Below, in pieces: positions 38,301-47,900 of a DNA stretch of 64,000 nt. Origin of the DNA: Callorhinchus milii. Lineage: Eukaryota. Numbering within the stretch: position 1 is the stretch's first letter; every line of letters begins with the position of its first letter. The notes under the pieces were generated by a model. That model worked only from the letters and a program-made list of their open reading frames with translations. It was not told where the DNA came from and made no database searches. A program made the translations under genes and the position numbers. The stretch spans positions 30,072,001 through 30,136,000 of the forward strand of contig NW_024704742.1 of NCBI RefSeq assembly GCF_018977255.1. The letters run 5' to 3'.

Positions 38301-41300
38301 ACAAAATCATAACCACTGCTGAGTGTATTACTGTAAACTAATTACAAAGGAGGATCTTTTTATTACTATTTAAGCATCAATTCTTGGATTTTTATTCTTT
38401 CAGTTTCTTTATTGCACAACACAAGCTGTACATCACCCTTTACATTAGTCAGACTGAATATTCCGTTATTATAAATCACATTGGAAAAAATTGCAAAGAA
38501 AAACAAATCTCTAAAATACTTTTGTAAAAACAAAAATAGCACTATTGATACAATATGCACCTTTTAAATAGTTATCTAGTCTAGTGTTGCTTTGCATGGC
38601 ATTCATTTGGAGTCCTGTAGCTCAGTGGTTGAGCACTCGCTTTGCAAGTGAGAGACCTGAGTTCAATTCCAGGCAGAGGGCGAAACCTTGGGCAAGTTTC
38701 CTTACTCCACACAGAGCCTAATAATAATCCCTCAAAAACCAAAAACAATAATAAATTGGTCATTTTCAATCTACGACTGTTTGTGGGACATTGCTGTGCG
38801 CAATTGGCTGCCGCGTTCGCCCACAAATATACAGTCAATTCACGTTACAGTGTGTGTTCTGTGAAGCGCTTTGGGACGTCCTCCCGACGTGAAAAGCGCT
38901 ATATCAAATCCAAGGATTATTATTATTATTATTCACTTCACGATGGCATGCTTTTGCAACCAATAGTGCTTGCATTCTTTGTTATTAAACAAATATAGGT
39001 GCCACTGCACTTTTAAAGTATCTGATTGTGTCAGAGCTTTAATCAACTGAATCAAATGCAAGTATTATTATTTTATTAAAGTAAATGGTTATTGATTCAG
39101 GCTATCGTACTGATTAACAATGTTGCTTTAACAAACCAAAAATTGGGCAAATACAAAACTGGGTTGAAAAAAATAATCTTGGATTCAAGCATATATACCG
39201 TATAACTAACATAACTTCATACTTTTCTGAATTTCCCACCATGTTAAGATTTTAAATCTACTTGTCACCAAACTACAGTATTTTGCTTCATTTGGGTCTA
39301 TTTTTGTATCAGGCTGCTCTATAGGGTTGTTGAGACAAGCTCGATTCCTGGCACTTTCAGATGAGGCTCCATAGAAGCCAGATGTTTGATTAACACGGTT
39401 GCCTACTCAACCACTATTAACATTTCTCAGCTCAGACAGCAAGTGCCGATATCTGGGTTACAACTATATTTGGAGTCACTCTAGATGCATCCATAACCTA
39501 CAATTGGAGTCACTTTCCAGGGCAATAGGAGACAAGATAATGTTGAGAAATACAGCACCAAATTTGACAATTTCTTTGAAGGTAGGGTAAAGAAAGCCAG
39601 GAAAGAGATACTTCCTGGGTGACTGACACATGCGGAAATCAATCTCATTGCTTAAGAGTGACTGACAATTCCACATACGCATGCCAACTAGGCTTGCACA
39701 TAATGGATCATGTCTACTATTCTCCTTAGAGGGCTGTACCCTTCTAACTAATTCCAGAGTATTAGATGCAGGTTGGAAGTGCAGTGCGAATTGGGGTACT
39801 ACTGGAGTTTGACCAGCTAAATTCACATAGTGTGCAGCTAGTCCTTCAGAAGAAATGTCTAAGCCTCCGAGAGTACTGGATGGCAGGATTCCTGCTGCTT
39901 GTTCAGCTAAGACCACCCTACCTAGCAGAGCTTTGGCTTGCAGGGTTAACAGGAGCTGAATGTGAAGAATCCCTGCTCCAAGTTTGCTCCTTAAAAGTCC
40001 CACTGACGGCAAGCCAGTTGGTCTGTCATCAGCAGAACCTTGAAAAAACACAAATTTCACTGGCTCAGTAACCAGATACCAAGAACAGTGGGTTGACACA
40101 ATTTTGATATATTCTGTTGCCAAGCACAAGACCTTGGAGCCAGCTTAGCTCTTGAGGGGACCACGCTTATTTCTCTCCTGTTCTTCCACAGGAGGCATAG
40201 TCACTAATTGGTCATTTGGCATCAAACATTATTATAATTAAAGTAAGGCCCTCTACACCATCTTCCTTTAAAGAAAAAACAGTAGGTAGCATTTTCTATT
40301 TAATGTGCTTCTTGCTCATAAATGTATCCATACAATATTATTTAATACCAACTAAATAATATGGTTGATTTTACAAGCTATGTCAAGCTCAATGTTTCAG
40401 GTTTACAACTACAACAATTTGCATTTATATAGCACCCTTCATGCAGGGTAGCATCCCAGAGGTTTATACTTCTTTCCTAAGGCTACCACATCCCTTCCTC
40501 ATTAAGATTAAGTTTCAGGAGCAACTGCATGTATCCAAGAAGATGTATTTTCATGTCTGCTCATGTCTTTAACTGCCCCCCCCCCAAGAAAAATACATTT
40601 AAAAATTCCATTATAACCATCATAGCAATAAGTTTAACAAACTGCAAAAGATATTCATCCATATTTTCCACAGGATTTTTTTTCCCTACAAGATTACATT
40701 ATTTTCAGAGAAAATATCCTTAATTTTGCTTTTTTAAAGCACATAGTTGAGCAAAAGTGAAAGTTTTACACAGCATCTGATAATGTTAAACTGGACCTGG
40801 CAATGGTTGATGCAAAAAACAAAGGGGTTCCATTTCTCAATCTCATTATTGCATTCCATTTCTCAATAATCCCCTGGATAAATATAAAAACCTCTACTTC
40901 TCTCCCCCACGCCCCCGCCCCCTTTCATGGTTCAGTGAGTTTATCCAACGACTAGCTCAACACATGCAGATCAATCTGTGCTGCCTAAATTAACCTCAGC
41001 AGGAGCTGCAGTAATGGTGTACTTTAGCATCCTGGATTGGAGAGGGTGGGGGAGAAGAAGACATAGAATGGGATGGTTAAAATAATTGTGAAAGGATTGG
41101 GGGGTGGAGGAGAAGAAAAAAAGAGAATCTCTGGCAGATCAGTCTCTTACAGGCTCCTGATTGAAATGACTGCATATCAGACTAAGGCGCCCTTTTAAGT
41201 CTGGTCAATTATAAAATGGTTAAAGTTCTTGAATGACTACTTCAAGATATTGGAAGGCAACCAGTATTTAGGAATCACAGTAGAAGTACTTAAAAAAAGT

Positions 41301-43416
41301 CACATTCCTTTAAAAAGTGACAAATTTGATAAAGAAACATGATAAAAAATTAATCTGAGAGAAAACAATTTGTATCTTAAAATGCTTATTTACTATACAA
41401 TACTTTCTCACTTCACCAGACTTAAAACAATGAGGCACACGAAAATATAAAAAAAAGGTTTTAAACATTGTGGAATAGCCATCATTATAAAATAATTACA
41501 ATCATAATTATGATGCATTGCTGGGCCACCTCTGTATACTTATTGGCTTCACTGGATCTATCTGTCTGGTTCAGGCTACTAATCCTCATTCTGAATCCCA
41601 TTCACACTATCCAGAGAGAGCGCCATTTAAAATAAGAAACTAATATCATTATTAAAAAGCATCACGTTACAAGCTTAGAAACTAATTATTCGGGCAGTGC
41701 AAACAGAATTGGACTCTGCACTTCTGTTTCTTACTTACTGAGGGATCGTTATTTCCAAAAAAGCATTTTTAAATTTAAACAGTGGAGTTTATCAAGGAAC
41801 AGATTAAAAGCTATAGTCTACAACCTTGGAGAACTGTGTTCTAACTAAACTTAAAAAAAATTGGTCGCTTCAATCCACGATTGTTTGTGGGACACTGCTG
41901 TGCACAATTGGCTGCCGGTTTCACCCACAAATATAGTCAATTCACTTTACAGTATATTCTGTGAAGCGCTTTAAGACGTTTAGAAGATGTGAAAAGTGCT
42001 GTATCAAATGCAAGAATTATTATTATTATCAGACTCAAAAAAACTCTGATCACATAACAACAAGGTTGCTTTAATAACACGAGAAGCAAACCTTTTGCCT
42101 GAAATGCCCTTGGGATGAGCTTGTAGCAAGGAAAACCTTTCAGTGGTTAGCAAACGCGCATTTATAGATTTTTGCTGCCTTCAGCCTTTACCAGTGAATA
42201 AAACCACTAATTCACAGCCAGCCATAGAGGCTTTATTGAAATGCACTTATGCAGGCCCACTGCATTTCTTTCAATAACACAACTTTTGACTGGAAGGATT
42301 TAAGTGAAAAATGCAATGTTCAAATTCTTAAAAAAATAGTCCACTGTGAATGGATTTCAAGCGTTTAAAAGAAATGAGAAGCAGAGCTATGTAAATATTG
42401 GCACCATGAAACATGATGTACCTTCTTCAATGTCCTGTAAGGAAGTGGAATACATGGTGGTTACGTGGCAAAGAGACCCCAATTCTTCATTCAAAATGTT
42501 TAAAATCAACTAAATCCTATTATTGTAAAATAACAGCAATTAACTTTCTCAGCTTTCATCAAAAAAGAAACCTGACCAGAGCAAATTGCAAAACAGTTTA
42601 CATTACAGGACATTGCAAGTAACATTCTCAACATTATCAAAAGAGAAGTTGTGTATTATTTAAAATTTGCCGGACTTTAAATAGTGGACCTGTCCAATAT
42701 TTTTAGTCACTTTCTTATTGCCCAACTTGGACTGTTGTACAATCAGGGGTAAGTGCTTCAAAGCTCGCCAAGTCACTCCCAGTGAAGAAGTAAGAAGAGA
42801 GTCGGTGACCAGACAGGTTCTGGAGAAAGCTGCTGAGCAGCAAAACTTAATGCACGTCTGCACTGTAACCAGAAATACTCCACTGGGTCAACGGATTTAA
42901 AAATGCACGATCCGCATCCCTGAAATGGTAAAACGCTGCAAGAAACAGGACAACCGCCACACACAGCTTCACTACCCGGATAGAAATTCTGTACCCGCTC
43001 CGAGAATAGCAACACTCCCCCACCCAACCTGAGCAATTAATTGATCGCAGCTGATGGCGAAACCAAACAAATCCCCCTTCACCCACATCGTCCCAACCAC
43101 ACCCGCACACCCCCCCCCAACAACAACAAAAAAAAACACACGCATGCAGGTTATTTTTTTTTGTGTGTGTGTGTGTGTGTGTGTGGCAAACCTCGGGGAA
43201 ACTTCTGCCTTGGCTGCCCCGGCCCCATCCCGGAGAGAGAGAGAGAGAGAGAGAAAAAAAAACAAACAAAGATGGGAAATACGCTTCCTTACCGGCCAGG
43301 CCCCCTCCCGACCCGTCTCCATGCCCTTTCCTCCTCTGCAGCACGAAGTAGGGGTTGGCTCTCTCCGTCACCCAGAGCGCGTTGGCCAGCAGCACTTCCT
43401 CGGGGTTGACCCACAT
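10620..43416 (-). CDS. TBC1D9: TBC1 domain family member 9 (Rab GTPase-activating protein; 2x GRAM, TBC, EF-hand); complete 21-exon spliced CDS, ~1257 aa
   Basis: join(complement): 43293-43416, 35611-35721, 33550-33668, 32278-32506, 31576-31837, 30758-30965, 29907-30110, 29326-29502, 27937-28087, 26545-26759, 24846-24963, 23242-23527, 22030-22159, 18810-18908, 17613-17681, 16700-16940, 15573-15638, 13913-14002, 12133-12207, 11777-11880, 10620-11315. All introns GT-AG, phases consistent, total 3774 nt. N-terminus [15 protein letters not shown] and C-terminus [19 protein letters not shown] match TBC1D9 rather than TBC1D9B or TBC1D8. Confidence 0.96.
11777..11880 (-). CDS. TBC1D9: TBC1D9 exon 20 (alternative start 11883 via CAGCAG acceptor)
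   Basis: [35 protein letters not shown]; donor CAA|gtactc; 104 or 107 nt. Confidence 0.88.
12133..12207 (-). CDS. TBC1D9: TBC1D9 exon 19
   Basis: [25 protein letters not shown] (DGFVTV conserved with mammalian protein); 75 nt. Confidence 0.9.
12695..13002 (-). mobile_element. tRNA-derived SINE (short form) with L2-like tail
   Basis: Head ggagtcctgtagctcagtggttagagcactcgcc...gggtttgattcc (A/B boxes); tail gcgctatatcaaatgcaaggattattat. Confidence 0.88.
13495..13822 (-). mobile_element. L2 LINE 3' fragment
   Basis: [15 protein letters not shown]...LWNSLP motif in ORF 13596..14057; L2-type tail. Confidence 0.75.
13913..14002 (-). CDS. TBC1D9: TBC1D9 exon 18
   Basis: [30 protein letters not shown]; 90 nt; ttcccag| ... 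|gtaggt. Confidence 0.92.
14018..14152. mobile_element. Tc1/mariner (Tigger-like) MITE, 135 bp, TA target-site duplication
   Basis: TIRs cagtaaactcctgataact / agttattaggagtttactg (18/19), TA on both sides (14016-17, 14153-54). Confidence 0.85.
15573..15638 (-). CDS. TBC1D9: TBC1D9 exon 17
   Basis: [22 protein letters not shown]; 66 nt. Confidence 0.93.
16700..16940 (-). CDS. TBC1D9: TBC1D9 exon 16 (EF-hand [12 protein letters not shown])
   Basis: [37 protein letters not shown]...[19 protein letters not shown]; 241 nt. Confidence 0.95.
17613..17681 (-). CDS. TBC1D9: TBC1D9 exon 15
   Basis: [23 protein letters not shown]; 69 nt. Confidence 0.94.
18607..18706. repeat. Inverted repeat arm A (intron 14), pairs with 19516-19613
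   Basis: Hand alignment to reverse complement of 19516-19613: 8 mismatches plus a 2-nt gap, 35-bp perfect core. Confidence 0.92.
18810..18908 (-). CDS. TBC1D9: TBC1D9 exon 14
   Basis: [33 protein letters not shown]; 99 nt, phase 0-0. Confidence 0.95.
19516..19613. repeat. Inverted repeat arm B (intron 13), pairs with 18607-18706
   Basis: Same alignment; also visible as the near-identical peptides [12 protein letters not shown] / [12 protein letters not shown] on opposite strands in the ORF track. Confidence 0.92.
20045..20392 (+). mobile_element. Degenerate L2 fragment(s)
   Basis: gaggaacctaggtgtcttgttgac and L2 tail gtgaaaggtgctataaaaatgaaa. Confidence 0.6.
21229..21876 (+). mobile_element. 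Candidate solo LTR in intron 13
   Basis: TGTAAG...CTTACA termini, 648 bp, GC box plus gatataa TATA-like, CpG-richer than flanks; no clean TSD. Confidence 0.45.
22030..22159 (-). CDS. TBC1D9: TBC1D9 exon 13
   Basis: [43 protein letters not shown]; 130 nt. Confidence 0.95.
22595..23060 (-). mobile_element. L2 LINE 3' fragment
   Basis: Reverse-complement similarity to 5800-6350 (gagaatcttgaactcaatcca..ggatggggagccag) plus tail. Confidence 0.75.
23242..23527 (-). CDS. TBC1D9: TBC1D9 exon 12
   Basis: [20 protein letters not shown]...[11 protein letters not shown]; 286 nt. Confidence 0.95.
24846..24963 (-). CDS. TBC1D9: TBC1D9 exon 11
   Basis: [39 protein letters not shown]; 118 nt. Confidence 0.95.
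25195..25446 (-). mobile_element. Deu-domain SINE
   Basis: gttggccag..aactcccttctcttttcaaatagtgctgtgggatctttaacatc..ggagtgtcagcct..gagtgctaccactga. Confidence 0.78.
26545..26759 (-). CDS. TBC1D9: TBC1D9 exon 10 (TBC catalytic IxxDxxR and YxQ motifs)
   Basis: [13 protein letters not shown]...[17 protein letters not shown]...NPNIGYCQ; 215 nt. Confidence 0.95.
27937..28087 (-). CDS. TBC1D9: TBC1D9 exon 9 (start of TBC domain)
   Basis: [50 protein letters not shown]; 151 nt. Confidence 0.95.
29326..29502 (-). CDS. TBC1D9: TBC1D9 exon 8
   Basis: [59 protein letters not shown]; 177 nt. Confidence 0.93.
29907..30110 (-). CDS. TBC1D9: TBC1D9 exon 7
   Basis: [22 protein letters not shown]...NSCDDE; 204 nt; tttcag| ... 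|gtatgt. Confidence 0.95.
30758..30965 (-). CDS. TBC1D9: TBC1D9 exon 6 (GRAM 2)
   Basis: [35 protein letters not shown]...LIIPLRE; 208 nt. Confidence 0.95.
31035..31428 (+). mobile_element. Degenerate L2 3' fragment
   Basis: cacaagctgcag..cagaactctgc, aaattcaagatcctcatcctcgcattcaaatccctcca, L2 tail. Confidence 0.65.
31576..31837 (-). CDS. TBC1D9: TBC1D9 exon 5
   Basis: [15 protein letters not shown]...[10 protein letters not shown]; 262 nt; ttctag| ... |gttagt. Confidence 0.95.
32278..32506 (-). CDS. TBC1D9: TBC1D9 exon 4 (start of GRAM 1)
   Basis: GIIAEYNK...[45 protein letters not shown]; 229 nt; ttttag| ... |gtagag. Confidence 0.95.
32559..32632. mobile_element. Tiny hAT (Charlie-like) MITE, 74 bp
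   Basis: TIRs cagggttggccaac / gttgatcatccctg; subterminal ggtccgc / gcgggccgc; degenerate 8-bp TSD acatagga / gcatagag. Confidence 0.7.
33550..33668 (-). CDS. TBC1D9: TBC1D9 exon 3 ([39 protein letters not shown])
   Basis: cctag| ... |gtaacc; 119 nt; within ORF 33514..33702. Confidence 0.95.
35048..35403 (+). mobile_element. tRNA-derived SINE (long form with CORE-like segment)
   Basis: Same head and tail as 38609 and 12695 plus extra gcatctgtttaactagtagtaaataggaacccg... segment. Confidence 0.85.
35611..35721 (-). CDS. TBC1D9: TBC1D9 exon 2 ([37 protein letters not shown])
   Basis: ctgcag| acceptor, |gtaagt donor; 111 nt; not in ORF track, translated by hand. Confidence 0.95.
38609..38933 (+). 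mobile_element. tRNA-derived SINE (short form), apparently young
   Basis: A box tagctcagtgg, B box gagttcaattcc, (tat)n tail; flanked by attcattt / attcactt (7/8 TSD-like). Confidence 0.9.
41858..42029 (+). mobile_element. SINE 3' half (same family as 38609)
   Basis: caatccacgattgtttgtgggacactgctgtgc...caaatgcaagaattattattat. Confidence 0.8.
43163..43234. repeat. (TG)n and (GA)n microsatellites at the start of intron 1
   Basis: Directly visible. Confidence 0.9.
43293..43416 (-). CDS. TBC1D9: TBC1D9 coding exon 1 ([41 protein letters not shown])
   Basis: ATG at 43416; donor G|gtaagg; 124 nt, phase 1. Confidence 0.95.
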
Positions 43417-44457
43417 CCCTGGGAGGGAAAAGGAAGCCGACCCGAAAACGGGGGGTGGTGGTGGTGGTGGGGAGGGAGGGAGGGAGGGGGCGTTAAAAAA
43501 TATATATATATATCTCCGAAGGTGACAACTCGGGACGGAGAGGATGGATGAGATGAGATGAGAGGGAGGAAAAGAGAGAGGAGGCACACGGACCCGCGCA
43601 GCAGCAACAGCGGCAACAACCCCCCCCCCACCCAGGAGCAGCAGCGCCGCTGAGCTGAGCGACCTGACTCACTCACTCACTCACTCACAGCGGCCAGAAA
43701 CACCGCCGCATCCTCCTCCTCCTCCTCCTTCCTTCCTTCCTTCCTCCTCCTCCTCCCCACCACACACTCACACTACGTGTCTCGGTGGCCGTCAGGATCG
43801 AGCTATGCAACGCCAATCCGTTTGTAGCCCAAGTCCACCCAAAAGTAGCCCAATTTTAATGGGGCTGAAGGAGTGTGGTTGAGGGGGTGGGGTGGGGGGG
43901 GAAGACAGAGGGGGGTCGCTCACTGACTTCGCAAAGGTAATCGCAGAGTGGCCGAATTGAACGTTTTACCGGATTTTTTTTTATTATTTTTTTTTGGGGG
44001 GGGGGGGGGAGGGGGAGAGGGGGGAAGGAGAGGAGGGAGAGAAAAAGAAAAAAAAAATGTCAAATACGGCACCTGTCGAAAAAGCCTCTTTTCTTTTTCG
44101 CGTTCAGTCGCAACGCAAAACGCGCCCCAGTTCGGACCACACGGAGGGGCGGGGAAGAAAAGGGAAAAACACGGGAGGAGGCGGCGACGGCGGCGGCGAG
44201 GACTCTTTTTTTTATATAACAGTCCCGGCCCCGACCTCGCTCGGGAGCGACAAGCACTGCCCAGACCGGGTTCAGACACCTCTCGTGTCCCCCTCTCTCC
44301 CTCTCTCGGCGTCGCGTTAAATATTCCCTAAGAAACCGAGCGAGCGCGAGCGTCCGTCCACGTCCACGCCTGCGCACACGGCCCCTTCTCAAACGGCCCT
44401 CCCCCCCCGGCAATCACGACCGCGCGCTCGCTGTTACCTCACGGCGGAGCTTCGTGT

Positions 44458-44523
44458 ATTATTATCATCATCATTATTATTATTATTATTATTATTATTG
44501 TTGGTGGTGGTGGCGGCGGCGGT
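44458..44523. repeat. Compound trinucleotide microsatellite (ATC/ATT/GGT/GGC)
   Basis: Directly visible. Confidence 0.9.
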
Positions 44524-44953
44524 GCGTTTTTTTTAAAAAAAAACACATGACCTCTTAACGGAAATGGAACCGTCGAGCCCGCGGCCGAGCGGAGCCGCGA
44601 GCGGCGGCGGTTGGCGAGGGCGGCGCGGGCTCGGGCGCACGCGCAGGCGCGGGGCCGCCGCTTGGTGGTGGCGGTGGCGGTGGTTGTTGTTGTTTACTGT
44701 TGTCACCTTCACCTCGAGGCTCATTCGCTCCCGAGGCAGGAGGTGAGGTGAGGCGGGGAGGAGCGGGGCGGCTCAGGCAGATTCGCTCTCTTTCTTTCTT
44801 TCTTTCTTTCTTTCTCTCACTCACTCACTCTCTCTCTCTCTCTCCGGTGACCGTGGATATAACCGTCAACAAGGACGTCCAGAGATCCGGCCTCCGCCCT
44901 CTCCTGTGGCACTGAGTCCGCCTGACATCAGGCGTCAGGATTTGAACCTCTCC

Positions 44954-44995
<42 letters not shown>

Positions 44996-47900
44996 TGTCT
45001 GTCTCGTCCTGTCTCTCTTTCCTCCCACCCGATCCTCCATCCAATGTGGCCAGGCTTGGGCGGGGTTTGGTGTTTTTTTTTGCCTGTGCGTTGGGGGGGG
45101 GAAAAAGCGTCTTAAAAACAAACAATGTTTAATTTAAACTTGGAAAACTTCCCCCCCCACCCCCCCATCCCACCCCCCATCTCCTCTCTCCATCATCTCC
45201 CCCCCCCCCCCACCCCCCCATCTCCTCTCTCCATCATCTCCCCCCCCCCCCCCCCCCCACCACCTTGCAGACCTTTTCTTACCTAAATTGGCCACTCTTG
45301 TGTTACCCACAAGGGAGGGAGGAGGTGTTGCGTAATCGCGGGCTACTCTTGGGGCTGGCGTTTCGGTGGACTTTGGGTTACAAACGTACTTGGATTCCTG
45401 GCCAGACTCTCCTCCTCCTCCTCCTCCTCCTCCATCTAAAGTTGTGGCGCTCTCTTCCGCAACCGTCGTCTGTCTATCCGCTCCTTTTTTCCCCCCCCGT
45501 CTTCTTCTCGACCGCTGTCCAGGACCCCGAAACTAAGGCGGTTAGTTATTTACCCGCGTCCCCTCCAGGCCCACGTCATTGTACCTGGCCGGGCTTGTAA
45601 GGTCCACGGCAATTCAAGGCAGCGTGGAGGTTTTCCAGCCCGTAAATCAGTGCGGATAGGACTGCGCCGTGAAAAGCCTTTGAGTACCTGCCAAGTATTT
45701 GTTGTTTATGATCGAAGTGCCCTTGTTTGCGTCCTGCACGCCACTCGCGCAGATGGTCTCTCCTCTCACAAGTGTTTAACAAATCATTCTCCATGTAGCA
45801 CCTTATCGCGTCTTTGAGACGTCTCGTAGCGCTTCACAGAATATACTGTAAAGTGGATTGACTGGTATTTTGTGGGCGAAGCGCAGCAGCCAGTCGTGCA
45901 CAGCAGTGTCCCACAAACAGTCATGGATTGAAAGTATTTATAGTGGAGTCCCTCTTGCCCTCACATCATGTCCCATCAGTGGGTTTGATCCACCAGCGCA
46001 GATCATCTTCTAATTCCCCCACCTCTGGCCTGACCCATTACTAGACGGATCTTCTCTCCCCCCTTTTTGGTTATAGGATGAACTGGTTATTTCATAATAC
46101 TCCTTCAACCTTTGCAGGTTGGAAAACGTCTACACTTCCAAAACTACTTTAAATTACTATGGAGTTACCAAGTTTTGCCAAATGTTGTCCTGAGAGAACC
46201 AGTTCATAATCAATCTATTTAAATATCCCTTTGGTGCTAACTTTGAATTTTAGCACTTTGTTTTTACAGGATTCCAGTAAACTATATTTTTTGTTATCTC
46301 ACCCTCGGGTTAATCAAGGTGTCACCACCCTGCTCATTTTTATTGTGTTTTTTTTAAAGAAAAAATACAAAAAGAAATACAGAAAGCCTCAGAGAGAATC
46401 TTGTAAGTCAGATAGGTAGTCATGTCAGTCATCAGCGGTTTAGACTTTACCTCTAGTGGTTACTCATGGTTAAACTTGTTTGTATGATTCGTGGGTGGAG
46501 GGAAATTCAGACAGTGAGGTCAGAAACCAGACCTATAACATAATTCAGCTACTTGTAACCTCAATACAGTAGTTATTTTATCTGCATTTTAATGTCTGCA
46601 TGCAATGTATAGGAAAGGAAACTCAGATAAAAATATCCCTTAGGTAAACAGCTGCATTCTCAGATACAAAACAAAAACGCTGTTGTCACTTATTATTTTC
46701 TAATCATTATTGTAGGAAATAATTGACGATTGTGGATGATTTTTGAGTCAGTGTTAAGAAACTCAGCAGATGATAAAAACGAGAGTTAAGTTTTACTCAT
46801 AATGATCAGGATGTTTTCTCCTTGAACTGTCATTGGCTTTACATGTACACTGTCAGATTAAAAAAAGGGAAGAAAAATAAAAGCCACTGTACACTGAGTT
46901 TCAAAGTGACTGAATCTGTTAAATTCTTAAATTACTCATAGTGTTTCAAAATTGATTTAAAAATAATTTGATGACACTGGAATATCCCAGCCTGGTGTAC
47001 ATAGAAACCGCTTACCATGCTTAAGAGTATCCGTACTCCACAGAGGTCCACATTTGAGTTGGAGGGTTAACAGGAGCTGAGTGGGAAGAATCCCAGTCCA
47101 CAGTGACTCGTGACTGCATTAACCCTCGCTGACCGTGGCTCAGGAACCAGACTGCTAACACCAGCATGCAAAAAAGTATCCAGGTTTATCTCGTTTCGCT
47201 TTTGGAATTATTTTACTTGGTTTCCAATCCTTTGAAATTACTTCAGAATTCAGCAACAAAGATATTGTACCCCTGCGCTTTAAGGATCAAGCACATCTAA
47301 CCATCTTATCATTATTTCCAGCCTGTTTAGTTTCTCCTCTGTCATTTCTGAAAATCTCATCTCTAACTTCAGCAACTTTCCCTCCTCTTCTTCACGAAAG
47401 ATGAATACACATTTTAAATAGTTTCTGTTTGGCCGCTAAGTTGTTTTTGACCTAATTTAGCCTTGTGCTCTTGGTCTTGTTATGCGTCTCTTTTCCCCAC
47501 AAAGATATATAATGTTTTCTTTTTCAGTCCATTTAAAAAAAATGTTTTTTTGTTTCTTCATTGGTTTATTTCTTAATTTCCTCCGAGTAATCCTCCCTGC
47601 AGCTCTTATGGCTCCCAGAGTCTTAAGCTTCTTTAAAATTTTCTGTCTTAGCCTTTGATAGAGAATATTCAAAGACTTAGTTATGAGGAGAGGCTCACAG
47701 AGCTGAATTTGTTTACTTTTGAACAAAGGACATTAAGAGAAGCACAATCTGAGTCTTTAACAATGCCGAGAAGCAAAGATGACGTAATGTAAAACGATTG
47801 CATCCATTTAGACTTACTTTAATCTATCTTAGATATACTTGTGGGATATTTCTGCCAGAGAATAAATATATCAATTTGAAATCATGCAGAGAGTTTCTCG

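Larger units (their letters stand above)
42900..45900. promoter_or_regulatory. CpG-island-like promoter / 5' region of TBC1D9
   Basis: Sharp rise in GC and CpG against the AT-rich background, spanning exon 1; GGC/CGG runs, GC boxes (ggggcggg), TATA-like run at ~44210. Confidence 0.8.

Noticed and set aside
38609..38682. tRNA gene (also at 12930-13002 and 35048-35120)
   Set aside because: tRNA-like heads run directly into SINE body and tail, and copies are mutually divergent
39476..40129. 217-aa minus-strand ORF in intron 1
   Set aside because: No recognisable domain; overlaps the dispersed repeat copy at ~39600-40140
43417..43587. 57-codon in-frame N-terminal extension of TBC1D9
   Set aside because: Non-ATG start, low-complexity sequence, and the conserved protein starts at MWVNPEE
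43900..45800. Many short ORFs in the CpG island
   Set aside because: GC-rich microsatellite sequence depleted of stops; no recognisable protein
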